Assembly (NCBI GenBank): GCA_963787625.1
Contig: CAWBDH010000001.1
Coordinates: 524,175-588,174, forward strand
DNA: 64,000 nucleotides
Reading direction: 5' to 3'
DNA from: Vulcanimicrobiota bacterium
Lineage (GTDB): Bacteria; Vulcanimicrobiota; Vulcanimicrobiia; Vulcanimicrobiales; Vulcanimicrobiaceae
How positions within the stretch are numbered: position 1 is the stretch's first letter; each line of letters begins with the position of its first letter. Positions 44,528 to 54,103 of the stretch are shown one piece after another. The notes under the pieces were generated by a model. That model did not search any database and was not told where the DNA came from. It was given only the letters and a program-made list of their open reading frames with translations. Both the position numbers and the translations under genes were made by a program.

Positions 44528-45690
44528 ACCGAGAGTTCGACGCTATCGTCGTCGGCCTCGGCGGCATCGGAAGCGCCGCGGCGTATTGGCTGGCCAAGCG
44601 GGGCGCGCGCGTGCTCGGTCTGGAGCAATTCGAGCTCGGACATGCGCGGGGCGAATCGCACGATCACTCGCGCATAATCCGCTATTCGTATTTTTCGCCC
44701 GATTACGTGCGGCTCGCGAAGCAGGCCTACGCCGCCTGGGATTCGCTCGAAGGCGACGCCGGCGAACGCGTCGTCTTCAAGACGGGCGGCCTCGACGTCC
44801 GCCCGCGCGAGGGGGCAATACCGCTGCAGCCGTACGCCGATTCGATGCGCGCGTGTGGCATCGCGTACGAAACGCTCGACGCCGCCGAAATCCGCAAACG
44901 CTGGCCGGCATGGTGCATCGGCGACGACGTCCACGGCCTCTTTCAGGCCGATGGGGGGATCGTCGCCGCGGCACGCGCGACGGCCGCGCAGCAGCGCGCG
45001 GCGCGCGCGCACGGCGCCACGCTGCTCGACCATACGCCGGTCACGGCGCTGCACGGTCGGGGCGGCGAAATCGTCGTCGAAGCGGGCGACGCTCGATACC
45101 GCGCGGCCCGGCTCGTGATCGCGGCCGGCCCGTGGAGCGCCCAGGTCCTCGCGCACTTCGGGGTGCGGCTTCCCCTCGAGGTCACGAAGGAGCAGGTGAT
45201 GTACTTCGCGTCCCGCGACCTCCAGGCGTTTGCCTTTGGCGCGTTTCCGATCTGGATTTGGATGGACGACCCGGCGTTCTACGGTTTCCCGGTCTTCGGC
45301 GAACCGGATGCGGTGAAGATTACGCAAGATGCCGGGGGCAAGCCCGTGGACGCCGACACGCGCACGTTCGATGAGGATTGCGACATCACGGCTCGCGTCC
45401 TCGCCTTCCTCGAGCGCTATCTTCCGGGGGCGCTGGGTCCCCTCAAGCTGTTCAAGACGTGCCTCTATACGCTTCCGCCCGACCGCGACTTCATCATCGA
45501 CACGCTGCCGAACCATCCGCACGTCAGCGTGGCAATCGGCGCAGGACATGCGTTCAAGTTTGCGTGCGTCATTGGCCGCGTACTCGGCGACCTCGCGCTC
45601 GGAGGCGTTGCCGGCGCCGATCTTGCGCCGTTCGCGATCGACCGGCCGATCCTAACGATGGAGTCGCCGCCGAGAACGTACATGGTGTGA
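44524..45690 (+). CDS. monomeric sarcosine oxidase / N-methyl-L-tryptophan oxidase-like flavoprotein
   Basis: ATG at 44524 overlaps the upstream stop (ATGA). FDAIVVGLGGIGSAAAYWLAKRGARVLGLEQFELGHARGESHDHSRIIRYSY. The C-terminus has GAGHAFKF. Confidence 0.8.
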   Translation: MNREFDAIVVGLGGIGSAAAYWLAKRGARVLGLEQFELGHARGESHDHSRIIRYSYFSPDYVRLAKQAYAAWDSLEGDAGERVVFKTGGLDVRPREGAIPLQPYADSMRACGIAYETLDAAEIRKRWPAWCIGDDVHGLFQADGGIVAAARATAAQQRAARAHGATLLDHTPVTALHGRGGEIVVEAGDARYRAARLVIAAGPWSAQVLAHFGVRLPLEVTKEQVMYFASRDLQAFAFGAFPIWIWMDDPAFYGFPVFGEPDAVKITQDAGGKPVDADTRTFDEDCDITARVLAFLERYLPGALGPLKLFKTCLYTLPPDRDFIIDTLPNHPHVSVAIGAGHAFKFACVIGRVLGDLALGGVAGADLAPFAIDRPILTMESPPRTYMV

Positions 45691-45759
45691 CGGGCCGGCG
45701 TCACAGCCCGATGGTACGCCGCGTTGCCGAAACGGTTCCGTGAAGGCACAGGAGGATCG

Positions 45760-46392
45760 ATGAAGTCATTCGTTGGCGCCGCACTTCTGGCGGCTTTTTT
45801 GGCGCTCGGCGCCGTCGCTCGCGCGGACGAGCAGCCCACCTTCGTCGGCCCCTTATCACCCGGTGAGGCGCAGTTCGTAGAGACGGTCAAGCGCGACCTG
45901 ATGGCGCATTTTCCCCGCGTCACCGATGCGGAAAAGGCCGGCTACGTGCGCTATACCGGCGTGGACAGCACCGGCGCAATCAGCTACACCAATCAGCAAT
46001 GGAGCTCCGATCCGACGCACCCGAGCCAGCTCTGGTACGACAAGGACGGCAACCTCCTCGGCGCCGACTTCTCGGTACTGCGGCCGCACGACGAGCCAAG
46101 GCCGCAGCTGTGGGGCATCAATCCCGGCCGTTGGTACGAGTTCGACGGCCACGTGCACTACGTAATCGAGGAGCCGGGCAGCGGCAAGCCCGTCTACGAC
46201 CAGTGGATTTGGAATAGCGACTTCCGCGACGCCGGAGGCAACGTCTCGAAGCCATCCGCCGAAACGGTCGTCAAGCTGGGGCGCGTACCCAGCGCCAATT
46301 ATGTCGCTACGGATCTTCGAGTTCCCGACGCTATGGGATCTGATCGTTTGGGTCAAGCCGCACGACGCGGGCCCATTCCGCTGGTAGGGTAG
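45760..46392 (+). CDS. hypothetical secreted protein
   Basis: MKSFVGAALLAAFLALGAVARA signal peptide from the ATG at 45760. No family recognised. Confidence 0.55.
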   Translation: MKSFVGAALLAAFLALGAVARADEQPTFVGPLSPGEAQFVETVKRDLMAHFPRVTDAEKAGYVRYTGVDSTGAISYTNQQWSSDPTHPSQLWYDKDGNLLGADFSVLRPHDEPRPQLWGINPGRWYEFDGHVHYVIEEPGSGKPVYDQWIWNSDFRDAGGNVSKPSAETVVKLGRVPSANYVATDLRVPDAMGSDRLGQAARRGPIPLVG

Positions 46393-46413
46393 CGTTTCGG
46401 CGTCCTGCGCATT

Positions 46414-47196
46414 TTGGCGGTAAACCTTCGCGCGGGCGGCACGCGAGCGACGCTCGACGCGTTGGTCGCGCGCTGCGTCATTCATCGGCCCGACGTGCTG
46501 GCGCTTTCCGAATTCCGGGCGAACGCGACCGGCGCTTTGCTTCGCAAGTGTCTTGCGGCCGAAGGGTTCACCTGTCAGGCCGGGAGCACCGAACACACAG
46601 GCAACGGCGTCCTGGTCGCATCGCACCAAGCGTTCGAGCCGCTGCACAACCCGTTCGGGCTCGGCCAAGACGAATATCCCAACGCGATCGTCGAGGCGCG
46701 CTTCGGCGACCTGCGGATCTACGCCGTCTACCTGCCGGGGCAGGACCGGAAGCGGCCACATCTACGGTGTCTGATCGCGGCGGCGAAGCGCTGGAACGAA
46801 CGCGACGTGCTCGCAATGGCGATCGGCGACTTCAACTCCGGACGCAACGAGACCGACATCGAGCTCAACGCTGGGAAGAAGCGCTTGCTCGACCAGTTCA
46901 GCACTGCCGATCTCTATGCAGAGCTCGAGCAGCACTGGACGGAGGCGTGGCTGCACCGTCATCCCGCGACGCTGGAGTACAGCTGGTACCCGTTTCGCAA
47001 GGACGCGCCGCCCAATCGCCGCAACGGCTGGCGCCTCGACAAGGCGTTCGTCTCGAATGCGCTGCTGCCGAGCCTGTTGACAGCCTCGTACGACCACGGC
47101 TTCCGGCTCGATGGCCTCACCGATCACTCGGCCCTCGTCGTGGATCTCGCGCCAACCGCAATGCGCGGACGAGGTGCGAACGGCTCGGCGGTCTAA
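46414..47196 (+). CDS. endonuclease/exonuclease/phosphatase (EEP) family protein
   Basis: PDVLALSEFRA...IYAVYLPG...AIGDFNSGR...RLDKAF...LTDHSALVVDL follow the ExoIII/EEP catalytic motif order. Confidence 0.75.
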   Translation: MAVNLRAGGTRATLDALVARCVIHRPDVLALSEFRANATGALLRKCLAAEGFTCQAGSTEHTGNGVLVASHQAFEPLHNPFGLGQDEYPNAIVEARFGDLRIYAVYLPGQDRKRPHLRCLIAAAKRWNERDVLAMAIGDFNSGRNETDIELNAGKKRLLDQFSTADLYAELEQHWTEAWLHRHPATLEYSWYPFRKDAPPNRRNGWRLDKAFVSNALLPSLLTASYDHGFRLDGLTDHSALVVDLAPTAMRGRGANGSAV

Positions 47197-47207
47197 TACC
47201 AATTTCT

Positions 47208-47954
47208 ATGCATAGCGCTTCGATTCGCGCGGTATTTGCCATATGCTCTATCGGCGCGTTGAGCGCACAAACGCCGGCGCGGAGCACAACGCCGCTGCGT
47301 CACCTCGAGTATGCGTTCGCGGTGGATAGAGAAGGAGTGAGCGAATACCATTTCAACGGCATCGGCGGCGGCATCGTCACTAGCAGCGGCGTTGGCGGCG
47401 TATCGTCGAACATCGGCGGGCGCGGCACGATGTACGTCGACATTTTGTCGATCGCGCCGGACGGATCGCTCAACGTCAGGATTTCCGAGTGGGTAAAAGA
47501 AGAGCCGCGCGCACGTGCTGCGTATACCTGCGCCGTCTACGGCAGCACGGCGGTCGTCTGTCCGTCGGTGCCCGCTCCGAGCGAGGCGGAGTGGGTGCTG
47601 CTGAGCTACCTCGGGCGGCGATTCGTGGACGGAGCGCCGTGGGATGCACGCAACCACTGGCAGCGCAAGAATGACACCGCGCGTTATCTCATGGTGGAAG
47701 ACTTTACGATAGTCGACGGCTCGGACCCCAAGCATACCCTCATCCGTGAGACGAAGCGTACGGAAACGCACAATGGCGGCTTCGGCACCCGCACTGAAGA
47801 CATCGACATTGCCTACGACCGGTCCCTCGAAGTCCCCGATGCCGTCCATGACGTCGCCCAATCGGCGAGCGGGAGCGGTTCAGGCAACGCCGTCTTCGAT
47901 TTCAAATTGACGGCCGACTCCTTTGCGCGCGGCGCCGCCCCGCCACGAAGATAG
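47208..47954 (+). CDS. hypothetical secreted protein
   Basis: ATG at 47208. Signal peptide MHSASIRAVFAICSIGALSAQ. The earlier part of the track ORF from 46548 lies in another frame of the EEP gene region. Confidence 0.5.
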   Translation: MHSASIRAVFAICSIGALSAQTPARSTTPLRHLEYAFAVDREGVSEYHFNGIGGGIVTSSGVGGVSSNIGGRGTMYVDILSIAPDGSLNVRISEWVKEEPRARAAYTCAVYGSTAVVCPSVPAPSEAEWVLLSYLGRRFVDGAPWDARNHWQRKNDTARYLMVEDFTIVDGSDPKHTLIRETKRTETHNGGFGTRTEDIDIAYDRSLEVPDAVHDVAQSASGSGSGNAVFDFKLTADSFARGAAPPRR

Positions 47955-49314
47955 CGGCGCCTCCCAGCAGCATCATTGCGGTGAATCCGACGACTTTGAT
48001 AACGGCGAGCGGCTTATTGGGATCGTCGTCGGCGGGGAATCCGGCAAATACAAGCGCGACGAGTGTCGTTGCCAAGCCGACCAGCGCTGCGACACACACG
48101 GTCCACCGTCCTCCGGGGATGCGAATCGTCTGCGGCTTCGCCGGCTCCGCGTGCAACTTCAGTGCAGCGGCGAACAAAAAGACGAATGGCACCATCGTGA
48201 TGACGACGGTCGAGCTCACGAGCACGCTATAGGCGCCTTTGACGCTCGTGCCGCCCTGTCCGAGGAAGATAAAGAGTGCGGTGATTGCGGCTTGCGCTAC
48301 CAACGCCGCCACGGGCGAGCCCCAGCGCGGGTGCATGCGCGCGAATATCGGCGGCAGATACGCGTCGATGCCGGCCACGAAGGGGATGCGCGCGACCGCC
48401 CCCAGCCATGCGCTCGTGCTGCCGATGCAGCTGACCGCGACGAGCACCGCCGCAATCGGCGTAAGCGCTTCCCAATGCATCCGCGTCGCGACCGACGCGA
48501 TTGCCTGCATGACGCCGGACGAAGCATTGACGTCGCGCGGCAGCACGGCGGCCAGCACGCTGAGCGTGCCGCCGATGTAGATGATTGCGATAGCCGGCGC
48601 GGCGAAAAGCAGGCCCAGCGGAATGGTTCGGGTGGGATTCTTGATCTCGCCGCCCATGAACGCGATCGACTCGGGCCCGGTCCAGGCGAACGCGATCACC
48701 GACCAAAAAATTACGTCCTTGAGGTGCATGCTTGGGCGCATTGCGGCGGCGTCGACGTGCGTCGCGGACCCGAAGCGCCATGCTGCGACGGCGCCGACCA
48801 ACACGAGCAGCAGCGTCGCGCTCCAGCGCGAGACCGCTCCCAGGTTGTTCAGCCACTTGCCGATCTGCAGGCCGAAGATGTTGACGACCGTTGCGAGCGT
48901 CAGGCCGCCGATTGCGACGGCAATGAAGTATCCGGGCGACGCGGCGAGCGCACTGCCGCGCGGCCCCGCCACGAAGAGTGCGTTTCCTGCCGCGAAATAC
49001 AGCAAGGCGGGGAAGTACGGGAGATTACTCGCCCAGTACGTCCAGCCGGTGATGAAACCCGCAAAGGGCCCGAAGGCGCGCTTGCTCCAGACGTAGAGGC
49101 CGCCTTCGTCCGGATGGTGCGACGCGAGAAAGACGACGGCGATCGAGAGCGGCACGAACATAGCGAAGCAGCCGATGAGCCAAACGGGAACGGAGCTTGC
49201 GCCCGCGGCGGCGGCCGTCGCTACCCACTGTAAATTCGATCCGGCGACGACGAAAAACAGCGTCACGTCGGTCAAGCCCATCGTCCGACGCAGCCGCATT
49301 TGAGCGAGGTTCAA
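47902..49314 (-). CDS. APC-family amino acid permease
   Basis: LTDVTLFFVVAGSNLQW...HPDEGGLYVWSKRAFGPFAGFITGWTYW and about 12 TM. Confidence 0.85.
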   Translation of the reverse strand: MNLAQMRLRRTMGLTDVTLFFVVAGSNLQWVATAAAAGASSVPVWLIGCFAMFVPLSIAVVFLASHHPDEGGLYVWSKRAFGPFAGFITGWTYWASNLPYFPALLYFAAGNALFVAGPRGSALAASPGYFIAVAIGGLTLATVVNIFGLQIGKWLNNLGAVSRWSATLLLVLVGAVAAWRFGSATHVDAAAMRPSMHLKDVIFWSVIAFAWTGPESIAFMGGEIKNPTRTIPLGLLFAAPAIAIIYIGGTLSVLAAVLPRDVNASSGVMQAIASVATRMHWEALTPIAAVLVAVSCIGSTSAWLGAVARIPFVAGIDAYLPPIFARMHPRWGSPVAALVAQAAITALFIFLGQGGTSVKGAYSVLVSSTVVITMVPFVFLFAAALKLHAEPAKPQTIRIPGGRWTVCVAALVGLATTLVALVFAGFPADDDPNKPLAVIKVVGFTAMMLLGGAAIFVAGRRRAQRSRPSI

Positions 49315-49390
49315 CGGGCGAACGCGCGTCGCCCACCGGTGCCGTTATGGCACCGATGGGCGATGCATTATGGCAAGTGGTCTATGCTGC

Positions 49391-49717
49391 TTAGTAGGGG
49401 CGTCCCCAGTGACCGGGCTTCCAGGCCCAGCCGTTACGGGTGTGACCCCAATGTCCGGGATGCCACGTTGCGCCGGCATATGGACGATACGCATAGTGGC
49501 CGTGGGTCCAAACGTAACGATAACCGTTCCATTGCCAGTAGCCGCCTTGCCAGTAGTATCCCGGCCCCGGCGAGACCGGCACCGTTTCGTACATGGGTGC
49601 CGGAGGCGCCGTCTGCACGTAGACGCCGCCGTACACCTGTGCCGCTGCGGGAACCGCCGCGCCGACCGCGGCCGCACCGAGAACACAGGCGAGGAGCAAG
49701 TTGCGTAAGTTCATCAT
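49391..49717 (-). CDS. YXWGXW/WxxGxW-repeat small exported protein
   Basis: Signal peptide MMNLRNLLLACVLGAAAVGAAVPAAAQ, then YYWQGGYWQWNGYRYVWTHGHY...WHPGHWGHTRNGWAWKPGHW. Confidence 0.65.
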   Translation of the reverse strand: MMNLRNLLLACVLGAAAVGAAVPAAAQVYGGVYVQTAPPAPMYETVPVSPGPGYYWQGGYWQWNGYRYVWTHGHYAYRPYAGATWHPGHWGHTRNGWAWKPGHWGRPY

Positions 49718-49785
49718 GCTTATTGAATTACCACCGTACGAGGATGCTTCGCCGTGCAGATTGATTAAAGACTCATTCAAATTCG

Positions 49786-50364
49786 ATGAGACGCACGCAC
49801 AAGGGTATTCGGCGTTCCCTCCCCGAACACGACCGGCCAGACGTGAGATTGCCGCGCCTGTCGTTGCTCGTCGTGCTCCTGCTCATCGTGGCGGTGGGCA
49901 CCTGGTACGCAATCTCCCATCGCGCCGAACGCAGCGGTGAAACCGTCACGATCTATTACACGAAGGAAGATGGAACGTCGCTCGGGGCCGCACGGGTGTC
50001 GCTGCGGCCCCGAGCAGCCGGCGAGAGCGCCGCGGAGCGGTTGCACAACACCGTCGTGTACGCCGCCGTCCAGGCGGTGGCGGGACCGCCCAACGGCGTG
50101 CAAGCCATTCGCTTTCCGCCCGGCACTCGCGTGATCGGCGCATCCGTCGCCGATTCCATCGCAACGGTCGATCTTTCCAAAGACGTCGAACGGCAAGCCG
50201 GCGGAACGTTCGGCGAAAACGGTGAATTCAAGGGGCTGGTCTACACCATCACTGGGATCCACGGCATCGGCGCGCTGCGCGTGACGGTGGAGGGCACGCA
50301 GCTTGAAACGCTCCCGGGAGGACACCTCGAACTCGATGAACCGCTTCGTCGCTCGGACTTCTAG
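49786..50364 (+). CDS. GerMN-domain protein
   Basis: N-terminal TM, then VTIYYTKEDGTSLGAARVSL...TVDLSKDV...FKGLVYTITGIHGIGALRVTVEG...LPGGHLELDEPL. Confidence 0.75.
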   Translation: MRRTHKGIRRSLPEHDRPDVRLPRLSLLVVLLLIVAVGTWYAISHRAERSGETVTIYYTKEDGTSLGAARVSLRPRAAGESAAERLHNTVVYAAVQAVAGPPNGVQAIRFPPGTRVIGASVADSIATVDLSKDVERQAGGTFGENGEFKGLVYTITGIHGIGALRVTVEGTQLETLPGGHLELDEPLRRSDF

Positions 50365-52228
50365 AATCGCGGCGCCGTTCGCACTCTGCGCAATCGCGCT
50401 GGCGTCGGCGATGCCCGCGGCCGCCGATGCGCCGCTGAGCGCGACGTATCAGGGACAGACCATTCGCTTTAGCCACGTGATGCAGGCGTCCGGTACCGAG
50501 GCCATCGGCGTCGGCGATTCCGGATTTCAAGCGCTGCTGCGTGCGACCGGCGCCACACTGACGTGGAAGCCCGGGGAACGCTACATTCTGATCACGACGT
50601 CGGCTCCCATGGTCGTCAGCTTCGCGCTTGGCGACCGCCGCTACGACGTCGGTCCAATCGCGCTGCAGGCGTCGTTCGCGCCGTTCGAACGCGGCGACGA
50701 AGCGTATTTGCCGTTCGACGAAGTGCTGCACTCGCTCGATCTGGCGTTACGCCGCGACGCGCGCGGCACGGTGCTGCAGCCGCAGATTACGGTTCTCGAC
50801 GTCCGCCAGGACGGCAATCGCACGACGCTGACGGCGCGCGCCGCCGCGACGCTGCATCCGCGCGTCGTGCGGGAAAGCGACGACGAGGTCGTCTATGCGT
50901 TCCAGGGACTCGGCACGTCGTTGACCGGTACGCGTAAAGTGAACGCGGGGGGCGTGCGGACGCTCGAGATTGCGACGACCGGCACAGTGCGCGACCCGAC
51001 GACGGTGCTCACCGTCAAGCTCGCCGCAGGGGCGGCGGCCGAAGCGCCACGCGAAGAGGAGCGTGACGTCGTGCTTTCGTTCGACGGAACACCGTCGGCC
51101 TCTCCGCCGATGGCGCAGTCGCCGCCTACGCCGGAACCGACGCCTGGAGGTCCGGGCCCGAGCGCACCGACGCTCGTGACGGGTGTCGCGGTTGCGCCGG
51201 CGGACGACGGCGTGAGCGTCGTGATTGCAATTAGCGGCGACGCGCACTACGAGTGGCATCGTTTGCGCGATCCCGATAATCGCTTTTGGATCGACATCAA
51301 GGGCGTAACGCTGCAGGGGCCGCCCATCGAGGAGAGCGCGCCGTCACCGCTGACTTCGATCCGCGTGCGCCAGGGGGACCCAAGCACCGTTCGCGTCGCT
51401 CTCTCGCTGCAAGGTCCGAAGCCGGTAGCGGTCGTTCCGTCGGAGAGCGGCCTCGTGCTCACGGTCGGCGCGCAGGACGTCGCGCAGCTGCCGCGTTCGG
51501 GTACGGGAAGCGTCGGCAGCGTGGTGTCGGCCGCGCAGCAGAACACCGCACCAGTCACGCCGGCGCCCACTGCCGACACCTCCGGCCCCGATACCGACAC
51601 CGATGCGGCTTGGAAATTCGGCCCGCGAAGCAGCTACGTGCCGACGAACCCGCGTCTGATCGTGCTCGATGCGGGCCACGGCGGCAGCGATCGCGGCACG
51701 ATTCATGGGGGCGTCGCTGAAGCCGATCTCACGTTGGACATGACGAAACGCCTGCGCGACATCCTCGTCGCCCGCGGCTGGCAAGTACGACTAACCCGCG
51801 ATACCGACGTCGATGTCTACGCGCCGAACGACAGCGCTCACGAGGAGCTGCAGGCGCGCGTGGACGTTGCGAACAAGGCGGGCGCCCGGCTTTTCGTCAG
51901 CATTCACGTAAACGCGTTTATCAACGCAGGTCCGTACGGAACGACCGTGTACGTGTCCAAGCCGGATGACGTAGCATTGGCGCGCGAGGTCGAAACGCAC
52001 TTGGCATCCGACGGCACCAAGGACGACGGCATCGTCAAGAGCCATCTCTACGTCACGCTGCATACGCGGATGCCCGCGGTACTCGTCGAGACGGCATTTC
52101 TCTCGAATCCGAGCGATTACGCGCTGCTGACGTCGGGCGCGTGGCGGCAGAAGGTCGCGCAAGAGATTGCCGACGGCATCGCGCAATACACGCGCCAAAA
52201 TCCCGTTACGGGCCAACCCACGCAGTAA
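50336..52228 (+). CDS. N-acetylmuramoyl-L-alanine amidase with amine-oxidase-like stalk and AMIN domains
   Basis: Signal peptide MNRFVARTSRIAAPFALCAIALASAMPAAADA. AMIN-like RFWIDIKGVTL...IRVRQGDPSTVRVALSL. Amidase_3 motifs VLDAGHGGSDRG, FVSIHVNA and VLVETAFLSNP. Confidence 0.85.
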   Translation: MNRFVARTSRIAAPFALCAIALASAMPAAADAPLSATYQGQTIRFSHVMQASGTEAIGVGDSGFQALLRATGATLTWKPGERYILITTSAPMVVSFALGDRRYDVGPIALQASFAPFERGDEAYLPFDEVLHSLDLALRRDARGTVLQPQITVLDVRQDGNRTTLTARAAATLHPRVVRESDDEVVYAFQGLGTSLTGTRKVNAGGVRTLEIATTGTVRDPTTVLTVKLAAGAAAEAPREEERDVVLSFDGTPSASPPMAQSPPTPEPTPGGPGPSAPTLVTGVAVAPADDGVSVVIAISGDAHYEWHRLRDPDNRFWIDIKGVTLQGPPIEESAPSPLTSIRVRQGDPSTVRVALSLQGPKPVAVVPSESGLVLTVGAQDVAQLPRSGTGSVGSVVSAAQQNTAPVTPAPTADTSGPDTDTDAAWKFGPRSSYVPTNPRLIVLDAGHGGSDRGTIHGGVAEADLTLDMTKRLRDILVARGWQVRLTRDTDVDVYAPNDSAHEELQARVDVANKAGARLFVSIHVNAFINAGPYGTTVYVSKPDDVALAREVETHLASDGTKDDGIVKSHLYVTLHTRMPAVLVETAFLSNPSDYALLTSGAWRQKVAQEIADGIAQYTRQNPVTGQPTQ

Positions 52229-52237
52229 AATTTTCCC

Positions 52238-52972
52238 GTGATCGGACTCTTCGACTCGGGCCTCGGCGGCCTCACGGTTCTCGCGCGCGTTCGCGAGCGG
52301 ATGCCAACGGTCGACATCGTCTTTTTCGCCGACCAGGCGAACGTGCCGTACGGCGATCGTAAGCACGCCGAGCTGCAGGAGCTCGTCGCGGCGAACGTCG
52401 GGCTGCTCGACGCACGGGGTGTGGACGCGATCGTTACGGCCTGCAATACGTCGTGCGCCGTGGCCGAGCGTTACGGATGGCCAAGCAGCCGCGCCCCGGT
52501 CGTCGATCTCATTCAATCTGCGGCGATGGCCGTAACGCGCGGTCGTTTCCGGCGCGTCGGCGTCGTCGCAACCGCCGCGACGGTCGGAGCGGGATCGTAC
52601 GGGCGCACGCTTCGCGCGCGTGCGGGCGGAATCGACGTCGTCGAAGTGCCTGCGCCCGCGCTCGTACCCCTCGTCGAAGCGGGTAATGTGGAGGGCCGCG
52701 AGCCCCGAGCGGCCGTTGCGGAGGTTTGCGCGCACCTTCCGCACGACCTCGACGCCATCGTCTTTGGCTGTACGCATTACCCCGTGCTCGATCGGCATTT
52801 TCGCGCGGTCCTCGGAGATAACGTCGCGCTAATCGACCCGGCCATCGTGCAGGCCGAGCGCGCGGCCGACCTGCTTGGCGAACGCGCGAACGGCAACGGC
52901 ACGACGGAGTATCTTACGAGCGGCGACGAAGCGGCGTTTCTGCGTAACGTCGCGCGGTTCACCGCCCGATAG
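52238..52972 (+). CDS. murI: glutamate racemase
   Basis: IGLFDSGLGGLTVL...FADQANVPYG...TACNTS...GCTHYP. Confidence 0.9.
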   Translation: MIGLFDSGLGGLTVLARVRERMPTVDIVFFADQANVPYGDRKHAELQELVAANVGLLDARGVDAIVTACNTSCAVAERYGWPSSRAPVVDLIQSAAMAVTRGRFRRVGVVATAATVGAGSYGRTLRARAGGIDVVEVPAPALVPLVEAGNVEGREPRAAVAEVCAHLPHDLDAIVFGCTHYPVLDRHFRAVLGDNVALIDPAIVQAERAADLLGERANGNGTTEYLTSGDEAAFLRNVARFTAR

Positions 52973-52989
52973 CCCTCGGTGTAACCGCG

Positions 52990-53682
52990 TCAGGGGGCCG
53001 CCGCGAGCAGCCCGACGTGGAAGACCGAGAAGAAGAACGCCGTCGTCGCGATCGCGAGGCCCGCGCCGGCGAGAACTTGCATGAGCGTGTGCGACCGCAA
53101 GTACACGCGCGCCCAGCACACCATGGGGATGAGTACTAGAAAGGGCAAGGGCTGCCGGCCGTAGATGAGCGTCAGCGCCGCAAGGGGAGCGGTGATGCCG
53201 ATCGCATGCGTGCTGATCTTCCAGTAGCGCGTGATGAATTGCACGAGCAGCGTCGAAACGAGATACCCCAGCATCGCCGCGATAAGCAGGCGCGGGGCGT
53301 GGATCAGCCATAGAGCGGCGACGCCCAAGAAGTCGAACACGACGAACGCCGTGAAGACCATCTCGCGCTCCGTTCGCACCGACATGTCGAGGTCGGAGAT
53401 GCGGTCCGTTGCGTAGAGCCAGAACACGTAGAGCATCGGGCCGATCGAGGTGAAGAAGGTCGAGACGAACAGCAGCGTCCAGAACGATAGCGTATCCTTC
53501 GCCACGATGATGGCGAGGATCGCGAACAGCGCCAATGCGGTCAAGAAGGGGTTGAAGATCGTCGAAAGTATGCGGGCGAGGTCGTCCCAAACGCGCCGCC
53601 GTTTGAGTGGGACCACCGTGGGCGACGGCTGCGCTCGCCTGTGCGTACGGGCCACGTGACGCTGTTCGGTCCGCCCGGCCAA
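52990..53682 (-). CDS. PAP2-like integral membrane protein (degenerate phosphatase motifs)
   Basis: KISTHAIG and ARVYLRSHTLMQVLAGA resemble PAP2 motifs C2/C3, with Q in place of the usual D. The start codon is uncertain. Confidence 0.45.
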   Translation of the reverse strand: MAGRTEQRHVARTHRRAQPSPTVVPLKRRRVWDDLARILSTIFNPFLTALALFAILAIIVAKDTLSFWTLLFVSTFFTSIGPMLYVFWLYATDRISDLDMSVRTEREMVFTAFVVFDFLGVAALWLIHAPRLLIAAMLGYLVSTLLVQFITRYWKISTHAIGITAPLAALTLIYGRQPLPFLVLIPMVCWARVYLRSHTLMQVLAGAGLAIATTAFFFSVFHVGLLAAAP

Positions 53683-53846
53683 TACTCCGCGAAACCCGTG
53701 CAGGCAGGCACGTCGGCGGCGGCGGTCGTAGAGAGTGCCGCCATCTTTCTTTTAAGGAAACGACGCAATTGAACCCGCTCTTGTTCGTGGCCACGGCGCC
53801 CCCGCAAACCGCCCCCGTGCTGCCGACGCTCGCTCCGCGCAGCTGG

Positions 53847-54095
53847 ATGGCACAGCACCTGCCTTGGGCGACGCACGGCGCTGCGGGACTCTTCGTCCTC
53901 TCTGCGCTGCTGCTGATCGCTCTGCTCGCCGTTCAAACGACGAAGCAGGAGGGCTTGACGGGCTCGATTGGCGGCCGGGTGGAGAGCGCGTATCGCGGGC
54001 GGCTTGGTGCTGAAGAGCAGCTGAAGCGCGCCACCGGCATCGTCGCGGTCGTTTTCGTAGTGACCGGCTTCGTGCTTTCCTTGACCGGCATCTAG
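53847..54095 (+). CDS. secG: preprotein translocase subunit SecG
   Basis: ATG at 53847. GLFVLSALLLIALLAVQTTKQEGLTGSIGG...LKRATGIVAVVFVVTGFVLSL fits the SecG two-TM pattern with a Gly-rich loop. Confidence 0.7.
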   Translation: MAQHLPWATHGAAGLFVLSALLLIALLAVQTTKQEGLTGSIGGRVESAYRGRLGAEEQLKRATGIVAVVFVVTGFVLSLTGI

Positions 54096-54103
54096 GCGCC
54101 GCA

